Assembly (NCBI GenBank): GCA_963768985.1
Contig: CAVYJZ010000009.1
Location: forward strand, 74,188 to 138,187
Length of the DNA stretch: 64,000 nucleotides
Source of the DNA: an uncultured delta proteobacterium
GTDB taxonomy: Bacteria; Myxococcota_A; Polyangia; Polyangiales; Houyiibacteriaceae
Direction: 5' to 3'
Shown in pieces: positions 55,653-63,231 of this stretch. The position numbers and the translations under genes were made by a program. Position 1 is the stretch's first letter. Each line of letters opens with the position of its first letter. The notes under the pieces were generated by a model, which was not told the DNA's origin, made no database searches, and worked only from the letters and a program-made list of their open reading frames with translations.

Positions 55653-55659
55653 CTTTGCG

Positions 55660-56235
55660 CTAGTGACGGACGCCCATGAGGGCTTCGAGGGTGTCTCGCA
55701 GGCCTCGGAGGTCCGATGGGTTCACGTGTGCCGAGGCGCCGGCTTCGAGTGCTGCTTGTCGGTCGGCTTCGCCGCTGGCGAGCAGGACCGCCCTCACATG
55801 CCGTGTATGGCTCCCTCGCTTGAGCGCTCCGATGATCTCCACACCGCTGACGTGTCCGATCCTGGGGGCCAAGACGACCGCGTCCGGCGGTTGCTCGCCG
55901 ATCTGCAGAAGGCCGGCGAGTGGGTCCGGATAGTCGACGATATCGAAGGCGTCCCGCAGCGAGGACAGAAGCTTGTCCTTCGTGCGGATTTCGTTCATGA
56001 GCAGCGCGACGCGAGGGCGCTCCGCATCTAGCTCCTGCGGGATCGGGTAGCCGTACTTGCGCAGGAAATCCAGCACGTGCGGACGGCGGAAGCGCAGGTG
56101 TCGGCCGGGCGTTCGGAAATGAGAAATCTGACCGCGATCGGCCCAGTTGTGGATGGTCTTGAGGTCGACTTGGCAGAATCGCGCGATCTGGGACGCGGTG
56201 AAAAGATCCCTGGAGCGTTGTCCGTCGGCCACCAT
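55660..56235 (-). CDS. HTH (MerR/excisionase-type) DNA-binding protein fused to a degenerate receiver (pseudo-receiver) domain
   Basis: The HTH is FTASQIARFCQVDLKTIHNWADRGQISHFRTPGRHLRF. The C-terminal CheY-like fold has NE in place of DD, VVLAPR in place of the phospho-acceptor D, and NP in place of KP. The start is ATG 56235 or TTG 56271. Confidence 0.7.
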   Translation of the reverse strand: MVADGQRSRDLFTASQIARFCQVDLKTIHNWADRGQISHFRTPGRHLRFRRPHVLDFLRKYGYPIPQELDAERPRVALLMNEIRTKDKLLSSLRDAFDIVDYPDPLAGLLQIGEQPPDAVVLAPRIGHVSGVEIIGALKRGSHTRHVRAVLLASGEADRQAALEAGASAHVNPSDLRGLRDTLEALMGVRH

Positions 56236-56282
56236 CCCTCTTGGGTAACGGTTCGCCTCGCGTGGACACAAGGAATAACCCG

Positions 56283-56319
56283 AAAAATATGGAAAAACTG
56301 TAGCCTGGCAAACAGGCTA
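56283..56319 (-). terminator. Candidate intrinsic terminator overlapping the Nudix gene stop codon
   Basis: On the minus strand: TAGCCTG-TTTGC-CAGGCTA followed by CAGTTTTTCCATATTTTTC. Confidence 0.45.
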
Positions 56320-57150
56320 GGGTGCGTCGCGCCAGGCGCCGTTGTCGAACACCATTCGGGTGGCACCCGGAAGCACCCGATCGGCTTCAGGGTGCGCCGG
56401 GTCGCCTGGCAGTGCGAGGAACCAACCATCGTCACTCGTGACGAGCCGCGGCCTGACCAGGGGGGGCTTTCGCGAGAGGGCCTCGGTGATCACCGACTCC
56501 GCGTCGTCGAATTCCGCGAGCCACTGCAGCGTGCGAACCGTCGGGGGGGCCAGCTTGATCCGGCCGGCGAGCATGTCGTCAATCGCTCCGGCGGGTCGGA
56601 GCCAATCCGCCGACGTCGTTTCGGTGCCGTCGTGGGATGCCCGTTGGGCTTCGGGCAGGACCGCGACGTAGAAGCGGGTGTCGAAGCGGCGGCTCTCCAT
56701 CTTCGGCGTGATCCACCGGGCGTACGGCGTCAGCGCCGTGGAATCGATCTTCATGTCGATGTCGCTTGCGAGCTCCAAGAAGGAGGCGCCGCCGAGAAGC
56801 TGCTCGCGAGTCGACGTCAAGTCCACACCGGGTGCGGTGCTGGCCAATAGAATGCCAGCTTCTTCGAAGGTCTCCCGCACCGCGGCGACGAGCAAACCCA
56901 GCCCGATGTCGTCATCGGTCTCGCCGAGTTTCTCGGTGATCTCTGCGACCGGACGGTCGACTCGTGCGCGCCAACTTGGGTGCTTGTCATCTCGGTCGAC
57001 CTTCCCACCCGGAAAGACATGTGCGCCACCCATGAAGCCGCTTTGATGATGCCGGCAGAGGAGGAAGGTCTCGAGGCCGCCGTTGGTTTCACGCAGAACG
57101 ATGACGGTCGACGCGTCCTTGATGGGTTTGTCGGCCGTGCTGCCGCTCAT
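56317..57150 (-). CDS. NUDIX hydrolase
   Basis: 277 aa. The Nudix box FPGGKVD...VRETFEEAGILL contains an unusually long insert between the G and the REx2EE helix. Its start forms an ATGA overlap with the upstream gene. Confidence 0.85.
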   Translation of the reverse strand: MSGSTADKPIKDASTVIVLRETNGGLETFLLCRHHQSGFMGGAHVFPGGKVDRDDKHPSWRARVDRPVAEITEKLGETDDDIGLGLLVAAVRETFEEAGILLASTAPGVDLTSTREQLLGGASFLELASDIDMKIDSTALTPYARWITPKMESRRFDTRFYVAVLPEAQRASHDGTETTSADWLRPAGAIDDMLAGRIKLAPPTVRTLQWLAEFDDAESVITEALSRKPPLVRPRLVTSDDGWFLALPGDPAHPEADRVLPGATRMVFDNGAWRDAP

Positions 57151-57974
57151 GACTCGCTGGACACCAGCACGTGCGTCGTCGACACGCCGATCGCATTCGC
57201 GATGCGTGACAGCGTCTCCAACGAAGGCGTGTGCCGTCCTGCTTCGACCCTCGCGATATTCGGACGGTGAATTCCCGTCCGGCGCGCGAGCTCCGCTTGC
57301 GTGAGCCCGGCAGCCAGTCGTAGCTCACGAAGGCGCGCGCCGAGCCGCTCGCCATCGATCGCGCCATCGGTCGTTGCATGGGTCGTTTCCGAGGCTGCAT
57401 GCAGTGACGCGACCGTCAGTTGGCAAACAGCGCCGCTCTCCAAAACCAGCGTGGCTTTCGTCGCGCTTGGATCAATGGTGATGCTCGCGATGTCGGACCC
57501 GTCGTCGGAGGCGTCAATCGGCCGGTGGTGCAGTGAGGCGTCTCCGTTCCCTAGCACCGCCAGCACGTCATCACTGCACGGAGACACGGACACGAATTCG
57601 AAACGAAGATGACGCCGCTGGTCGCCTCGCCTCGCGAGCGCCGATACGACGTAGTCGAGATCGTCGTCTGCGCGCGTGACGAGACCTTGGCAGAGCTCGG
57701 TGATGATGTCTTCGAGAGCATCGCGGGCGCGGTCGATGTGAGCGATCGGTAATGCGCCCGAAGCGCGCACGAACCCAATCGCCGAAATGAGATCGTCCGC
57801 GTCGAGCCCCGCCCCGTCGACGTCCACGATGATCGCTACCTGACCCTCCACTGCCTTGCCCAAGTCTCCTGGCGCGACGACCCTCGACACGATGTCGTGC
57901 TTGTCCAGGGCGTTCTGCCATTGCAGCGCCACGTGATCACGATCCGTCAACAATGTCACGCTTGGCGTCATCAT
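57147..57974 (-). CDS. XRE-family HTH regulator with an N-terminal receiver-like region and a central PilZ-like motif pair
   Basis: 275 aa. The C-terminal HTH_3 is LGARLRELRLAAGLTQAELARRTGIHRPNIARVEAGRHTPSLETLSRIANAIG. The central region has RRHLR (RxxxR) and, 30 residues later, DASDDG (DxSxxG). The N-terminal ~100 aa look CheY-like (AIIVDVD). Confidence 0.7.
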   Translation of the reverse strand: MMTPSVTLLTDRDHVALQWQNALDKHDIVSRVVAPGDLGKAVEGQVAIIVDVDGAGLDADDLISAIGFVRASGALPIAHIDRARDALEDIITELCQGLVTRADDDLDYVVSALARRGDQRRHLRFEFVSVSPCSDDVLAVLGNGDASLHHRPIDASDDGSDIASITIDPSATKATLVLESGAVCQLTVASLHAASETTHATTDGAIDGERLGARLRELRLAAGLTQAELARRTGIHRPNIARVEAGRHTPSLETLSRIANAIGVSTTHVLVSSES

Positions 57975-58087
57975 TCCTCCGAGTACGGGAGCGATGAGGT
58001 GTACACTCCTGCGTCAGGAACCTCAACCGTGTATCGCGGGAAAGTAAGGCACGGTTCTTGATGGGCGTTTGCCAATGGGGTCCGCAG

Positions 58088-58116
58088 TTGACACTCGACG
58101 GACGCCTTGCTAACCA
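58088..58116 (+). promoter_or_regulatory. Possible sigma-70-type promoter for prs
   Basis: TTGACA-17 nt-TAACCA. The -10 element is weak. Confidence 0.3.
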
Positions 58117-58169
58117 CCGACGCTTCCTACCGGGTGGCACTGCTTGGTTCAGTTAAAGGGGAACCACCG

Positions 58170-59111
58170 ATGTTCAAAGCGACCTGCGTCTTCTCTGGCA
58201 ACTCCAATCCGGCCCTCTCCGAGAAGATCGCCAAGTACCTGGAATTGCCCGTTGCTCGTGCGCGGGTGTCACGCTTTTCGGACGGAGAGGTGTTTGCGGA
58301 GATCAAGGAAAACGTCCGCGGGGTCGATGTCTACGTAATCCAGTCGACTTGTTCGCCCGTCAACGACAACTTGATGGAGCTTCTGGTGATGATCGACGCA
58401 TTGAAACGGGCGTCCGCCGGCTCGATCACGGCGGTCATCCCTTATTACGGATACGCGCGACAGGACAGGAAGGCCGCTCCTAGAACCCCGATCACCGCGA
58501 AGCTCGTGGCCGATTTGCTCAGCGCCTCAGGCGTCGATCGGGTGGTCTCGATGGACCTTCACGCCGGTCAGATTCAGGGTTTCTTCAACAAGCCATTCGA
58601 CCACCTATACGCTTTGCCCGTCTTCTTGGCTCATCTCAGGCCGTATTTTTCAACGCCTCCAGTGCTCGTTTCGCCCGATGCAGGCGGGGTAGAGCGCACC
58701 CGGGCCTACGCCAAGCGCCTGGAGGCTGGCCTGGCCATCGTCGACAAGCGCCGTGAAGAGAAAAACGTCAGCGAGGTCATGAACATCATCGGCGATGTCA
58801 GCGGGCGTGAATGTGTGATTTTGGACGACATGATCGACACCGCCGGCACGATGACCAACGCAGCACGCGCGCTTCGCGACAAAGGCGCCAAGCGGGTCAT
58901 GGCGGCCGCGACACACCCGGTTTTGTCCGGGCCCGCGCTCGACCGCATCATGGATTCCCCCCTGGAGGAGGTCATCGTGACCGATACCATCCCCCTTCGG
59001 GAGGAGGCGGTGAAGACCGGCCGGTTCCGCGTGCTTTCGGTGGCAAGTTTGCTAGGAGAGGCCATCAAACGGATTCACCACAGCGACTCGGTAAGCTCGC
59101 TGTTTGTATGA
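58170..59111 (+). CDS. prs: Ribose-phosphate pyrophosphokinase
   Basis: The start was moved to ATG 58170 ([24 protein letters not shown]). It has [11 protein letters not shown] and the PRPP-binding loop [12 protein letters not shown]. Confidence 0.95.
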   Translation: MFKATCVFSGNSNPALSEKIAKYLELPVARARVSRFSDGEVFAEIKENVRGVDVYVIQSTCSPVNDNLMELLVMIDALKRASAGSITAVIPYYGYARQDRKAAPRTPITAKLVADLLSASGVDRVVSMDLHAGQIQGFFNKPFDHLYALPVFLAHLRPYFSTPPVLVSPDAGGVERTRAYAKRLEAGLAIVDKRREEKNVSEVMNIIGDVSGRECVILDDMIDTAGTMTNAARALRDKGAKRVMAAATHPVLSGPALDRIMDSPLEEVIVTDTIPLREEAVKTGRFRVLSVASLLGEAIKRIHHSDSVSSLFV

Positions 59112-59126
59112 TTGGAGCATTCGACA

Positions 59127-59777
59127 ATGGAAACGACGACGTTGCAGGCTGAGGTCCGCGCAAGCCGCGGAAAGGGGCCAGCGCGTCGGCTGCGTGCACA
59201 AGGACAGGTTCCGGGCGTGTTGTACGGCCCGGGGATCGAGCCCACGCCGCTGACCCTATCCCCCAAAGAGGTAACCAAGGCACTACGAGGTCCGAGAGGG
59301 CGGAACGTGGTGTTCAAGCTGTCCGTGGACGGGAAAGAAGAGTTGGCCATGGCCAAGGACGTGGCCACCGATCCCGTGACGATGGACCTGCTCCACATCG
59401 ACCTGTACCGAATTTTCGAGGACCAGGAGCTCGAGGTGGAGGTGCCTTTCCACACGCTTGGACGAGCGGCAGGCGTCGTTCAGGGTGGCGTGCTGAACGT
59501 CATTCGACGGACATTGCCGATTCGCACGACCCCGGCGAACATCCCGGTGTCCATCGATGTAGACGTCTCCAAGCTGAACCTCAAGGATTCGATTTCGGTC
59601 GAGGAGGTCGCGCTGCCCGAGGGTGTCGTATGTACGCTTCGACCCAAGCTCACACTGGTGATCATCCTCGAGCCGCGTAAGGCGACTGCTGCGGAGGAGG
59701 CCGAAGACCAGGCTGCGGCCGCTGCGGCGGGTGCGGCAGCAGCCCCTGCGGGTGAAGCGGGCAAGGCCGCTGGCTAA
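59127..59777 (+). CDS. rplY: 50S ribosomal protein L25/general stress protein Ctc
   Basis: METTTLQAEVRASRGKGPARRLRAQGQVPGVLYG, followed by an Ala-rich C-terminal tail. GGAG sits 9 nt upstream of ATG 59127. Confidence 0.9.
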   Translation: METTTLQAEVRASRGKGPARRLRAQGQVPGVLYGPGIEPTPLTLSPKEVTKALRGPRGRNVVFKLSVDGKEELAMAKDVATDPVTMDLLHIDLYRIFEDQELEVEVPFHTLGRAAGVVQGGVLNVIRRTLPIRTTPANIPVSIDVDVSKLNLKDSISVEEVALPEGVVCTLRPKLTLVIILEPRKATAAEEAEDQAAAAAAGAAAAPAGEAGKAAG

Positions 59778-59791
59778 GCGCCTAGCGAGCC

Positions 59792-60361
59792 GTGAGCACG
59801 CATCTCATCGCAGGTCTCGGAAATCCCGGGCCGAAGTACGCTGGCAATCGGCACAACGTTGGATTCATGGTGGCCGATGCGCTGGCGCGCCGTTGGAATG
59901 CGCCGAGGTTTCGCGAGAAGTTCAAAGGTGAGTTCACCAAAGTCACCGTAGGTGACCACGACGTCGTGCTCCTCAAACCGATGACCTACATGAATCTGAG
60001 TGGGGAGGCGGTTCAGGCGGCGATGCAGTTCTTCAAGGTGCCACTCGACCGGCTCTTGTGCGTGCATGACGAGCTCGACCTGGAATTCGGCGTCGTGAGG
60101 CTCAAGGTGGGCGGCGGCACCGCCGGTCACAATGGGCTGAGGTCATTGGTCGAGCACTGTGGGGGCGCGGACTTCGTCCGCTGCCGGATAGGGATCGGTC
60201 GACCGGATCGGGGTCAGCCGGAGCACTATGTGCTGAGCGATTTCGATAGCTTAGAGCGGGCCGAGCTCGAGACGATCCTCGAGCTCGCTGCCGGAATTGT
60301 CGAGACTGCGGTCGCCGAGGGGACCGGGCGGGCGATGAATCGTCATCACGGTCGCTCCTGA
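59792..60361 (+). CDS. pth: Peptidyl-tRNA hydrolase
   Basis: 189 aa. LIAGLGNPGPKYAGNRHNVGF is the Pth signature. Confidence 0.95.
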   Translation: MSTHLIAGLGNPGPKYAGNRHNVGFMVADALARRWNAPRFREKFKGEFTKVTVGDHDVVLLKPMTYMNLSGEAVQAAMQFFKVPLDRLLCVHDELDLEFGVVRLKVGGGTAGHNGLRSLVEHCGGADFVRCRIGIGRPDRGQPEHYVLSDFDSLERAELETILELAAGIVETAVAEGTGRAMNRHHGRS

Positions 60362-60393
60362 CGACTGGCGCGAGTGTGAAGATCGGCTATGAG

Positions 60394-60431
60394 TCGGCCT
60401 TCCTCGCTCCGGCCGCCGGCTGGGGCCGACC
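60394..60431 (+). promoter_or_regulatory. Leader hairpin upstream of rpsF
   Basis: GTCGGCC...GGCCGAC (7 bp) encloses a GC-rich 24-nt loop and ends 8 nt before the Shine-Dalgarno sequence AGGAGGAG. Confidence 0.25.
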
Positions 60432-60446
60432 AGACCAGGAGGAGAT

Positions 60447-61040
60447 ATGGCAAGTACTGCGGCAGCGCCCGCCACGCGATGGGCGCGCGAATACGAAACA
60501 ATTTACATTCTTCGACCCGACGTCGGTAACGACGTGGCCGAAAAGATTGTCGACCGTGCCAGAGACGTGATCGCGCGTCTGGAAGGCACGCTCACCAAGC
60601 TCGACAATTGGGGCAAGCGGCGGCTCGCCTACCCGATTCGGAAGAACCATCGTGGGCTCTTCGTCTATCTGAAGTACGTCGGCTATAGCGACCTGGTCGC
60701 CGAGCTCGAGCGCAACCTGCGCTTGTTTGACGAAGTGATGCGCTTCCAAACGGTGCTCCTCGCCGAGGATATCGATCCCGCTTCCATCGCCGTCAACGCT
60801 GAGGATCTGCAGTACCTGCATGTCGAAGATGACGAGGTCGATGAAGATGCCGAGCTCGAGCGCGCGCGCAGTCTCGGCATGGCGCCGCGAGCGCCGCGTG
60901 AGGCACCTGCGGACGAGACGACCGACGAAGATTCGGATGATTCGGACGCCGAGGAGGCCAGCAAGGCCGTTGCTGACGACGGTGAAAACGAGGAATCCAG
61001 CGAAGCCGAGTCCAATGACGACGAGCGAGAGGAGGGCTAA
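60447..61040 (+). CDS. rpsF: 30S ribosomal protein S6 with a long acidic C-terminal extension
   Basis: 197 aa. The S6 core is YETIYILRPD...WGKRRLAYPI, and the last ~90 aa are Asp/Glu/Ser-rich. Confidence 0.9.
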   Translation: MASTAAAPATRWAREYETIYILRPDVGNDVAEKIVDRARDVIARLEGTLTKLDNWGKRRLAYPIRKNHRGLFVYLKYVGYSDLVAELERNLRLFDEVMRFQTVLLAEDIDPASIAVNAEDLQYLHVEDDEVDEDAELERARSLGMAPRAPREAPADETTDEDSDDSDAEEASKAVADDGENEESSEAESNDDEREEG

Positions 61041-61043
61041 CCC

Positions 61044-61304
61044 ATGGATGATATCGATCAGGATTTCGACATTGAAGGCGGCCGCCGTCGTGGCCCGCGC
61101 AAGAAGGCGCCGGGGTTGGCGCTCGCCCCTGACTTCAAGTTCGACTACAAGGATCCCCAGCAGCTGCGGCACTTCATCACCGACCGCGGAAAGATCACCC
61201 CGCGCCGGATCAACGGTCTCAACGCAAGACAGCAACGTGATCTGACCCGTGCGATCAAGCGAGCTCGCAATATTGCGTTGCTCCCCTACACGGCGACGAA
61301 GTGA
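61044..61304 (+). CDS. rpsR: 30S ribosomal protein S18
   Basis: 86 aa containing [50 protein letters not shown]. Confidence 0.95.
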   Translation: MDDIDQDFDIEGGRRRGPRKKAPGLALAPDFKFDYKDPQQLRHFITDRGKITPRRINGLNARQQRDLTRAIKRARNIALLPYTATK

Positions 61305-61311
61305 GGTAGTC

Positions 61312-61776
61312 ATGGCATCCACAGTGGAAGTCGTTCTCAAAGAAAACCTCGAGCATCTCGGGTCCATCGGCGACGTAGTCCGCGTGCGCCGCGGCTACGC
61401 TCGGAACCTGTTGCTGCCGCGTGGCCTTGCCGTCATCGCGAGCCGCGGGAACGTTCGACAGATCGAGCACGAAAAGGCGATTCAAGCCCAGCGCATCGCG
61501 AAGCTTCGCGCCGCCCAAGAGGAGATCGCCGCCGAGCTGGCCAAGGTCATCGTCATGGTGGCCAAGGAAGCGGGCGAGGATGGCAAGCTCTTCGGATCGG
61601 TCACCTCGAACGATGTGCTCGAGGGCCTCAAGGCCAAAGGCGTCGAGGACATCGACAAGAAGAAGCTCGTCATGCCGCCACAGATCATCAAAGAGGTTGG
61701 CACCTACGAGATCGGCGTGAAGCTACTGTATGGCTTGACGGCGACCGTGAAGCTGGAAGTCAAGACACGCGCCTAG
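61312..61776 (+). CDS. rplI: 50S ribosomal protein L9
   Basis: The start was moved to ATG 61312 (MASTVEVVLKENLEHLGSIGDVVRVRRGYARNLLLPRGLA). Confidence 0.9.
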   Translation: MASTVEVVLKENLEHLGSIGDVVRVRRGYARNLLLPRGLAVIASRGNVRQIEHEKAIQAQRIAKLRAAQEEIAAELAKVIVMVAKEAGEDGKLFGSVTSNDVLEGLKAKGVEDIDKKKLVMPPQIIKEVGTYEIGVKLLYGLTATVKLEVKTRA

Positions 61777-61895
61777 CTGGGCTTCCACAAAGCCTCCCTA
61801 GGCGTTAGAACCAAAGCTCGGAAGGGAGCAGGGTCATCACTGGAGCCGAACGAGCGGGACAGGTCCCACCAAACGCCCTCGAGGCGGAGCGGGCC

Positions 61896-63224
61896 GTGCT
61901 CGGCGGCATCTTGCTCGAGAACCAGGCCATGAACGTCGTGGTCGAGACTCTGTCCGCGAACGACTTCTACAGCGAGGCGAACTCGAAGATCTTCGAGGCG
62001 ATGCTCGAGCTGTTTCGCCGCGGCCAGCCGGTCGATCAGGTCACCCTTCGCGAGGCGATGGTCCACACGGGGCGGTTGGCCTCGGTCGGAGGTGACGAGT
62101 ATCTCCTGTCGCTCAGCAATACCATCCCCAGCGTCTCAAACATCCAGGCTCACGCGCAGATCGTGCGGGAAAAGTCGGTCATTCGGGCGCTCATCCAGGT
62201 CTGCCACGAAGTCGTGTCGCGGGGCTACGGGGACTACGGGCCCGTCGAGGAGTTTCTCGATCAATCGGAGTCGTCGATTTTCGCCGTTGCGAGGGAGCGT
62301 GCACGCAATCCTTACGAGCACGTGAAGGATGTCGTGATGCGGACGTTTCAGGAGATCCATGAGACGGCCAACCGCGGCGAGGCGATCACCGGCCTGCCCA
62401 CCGGCTACAAGAAGCTCGATCAGATGACCGCCGGGATGCACGCGGGTGACCTCATCATCGTCGCGGGGCGTCCGGGCATGGGTAAGACCTCATTTGCGTT
62501 GAACGTTGCGCACCACGCCTGCAACAAGAGTAAGTCAGCAGTTGCGGTGTTTTCCCTCGAGATGCCGAAAGGGCAGCTCGTTCGGAGGCTTCTCGGTAGC
62601 GAAGCCCGAGTCGACGGTAACCGAATTCGTACCGGGCAGCTCCACAAGGACGACTGGCCCAAGCTAGCGGACGCTGCTGGCACACTCAGCGAGATGCCGA
62701 TCTGGATCGACGACACACCGGCGATCACCATGCTCGAGCTCAGGGCCAAAGCGCGCCGTTTGAAATCCGAGGTCGGTCTGAGCCTGATCGTGGTGGACTA
62801 TCTGCAGCTGATGCGTTCGGGATCGCGCAACGACTCCCGCGAGCAGGAGATCAGTGAAATCAGCCGAAGCTTGAAGGCGCTCGCCAAAGAGCTGGAGATA
62901 CCCGTGATCGCGCTCTCACAGCTCAATCGAGGCGTCGAGTCGCGAGGCGTGAAAGACAAACGACCTCAGCTTTCCGATCTTCGAGAGTCGGGCGCCATCG
63001 AGCAGGACGCAGATACGATCTGGTTCATCTACCGAGACGAAGTGTACAACCGCGAGAGCGACGACCGCGGCATCGCCGAGATCATCATCGGCAAGCAAAG
63101 AGCTGGCCCGACCGGAACATGTCGCGTTCGATTCTTCAACGAATACACGAGGTTCGACGATCTCGCCGAGTCCGATTACTACGGCGGTTCGGCTCCGGGC
63201 GTCGCCGACTTCCAAGACAACTGA
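61896..63224 (+). CDS. dnaB: Replicative DNA helicase DnaB (the true start is probably upstream of this first canonical start codon)
   Basis: It has Walker A GRPGMGKTSF, the RecA-like C-domain and ...IIGKQRAGPTG. The conserved N-terminal motif VPPNALEAERAVLGG begins in frame at 61863, upstream of GTG 61896. Confidence 0.9.
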   Translation: MLGGILLENQAMNVVVETLSANDFYSEANSKIFEAMLELFRRGQPVDQVTLREAMVHTGRLASVGGDEYLLSLSNTIPSVSNIQAHAQIVREKSVIRALIQVCHEVVSRGYGDYGPVEEFLDQSESSIFAVARERARNPYEHVKDVVMRTFQEIHETANRGEAITGLPTGYKKLDQMTAGMHAGDLIIVAGRPGMGKTSFALNVAHHACNKSKSAVAVFSLEMPKGQLVRRLLGSEARVDGNRIRTGQLHKDDWPKLADAAGTLSEMPIWIDDTPAITMLELRAKARRLKSEVGLSLIVVDYLQLMRSGSRNDSREQEISEISRSLKALAKELEIPVIALSQLNRGVESRGVKDKRPQLSDLRESGAIEQDADTIWFIYRDEVYNRESDDRGIAEIIIGKQRAGPTGTCRVRFFNEYTRFDDLAESDYYGGSAPGVADFQDN

Positions 63225-63231
63225 GCGTCTC

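Noticed and set aside
55165-55663. Several 72-139-aa ORFs lie on both strands inside the repeat mosaic, and they share peptide strings such as STQPRVAPRRAP and HARREPFSG.
   Set aside because: The shared peptides simply reflect the DNA repeats read in arbitrary frames. The composition is Arg/Pro/Ala-dominated and I found no start-site signals.
60387-61367. A 326-aa ORF lies antisense to rpsF, rpsR and the start of rplI.
   Set aside because: It runs across three conserved ribosomal protein genes and their intergenic gaps. It is low-complexity shadow sequence.
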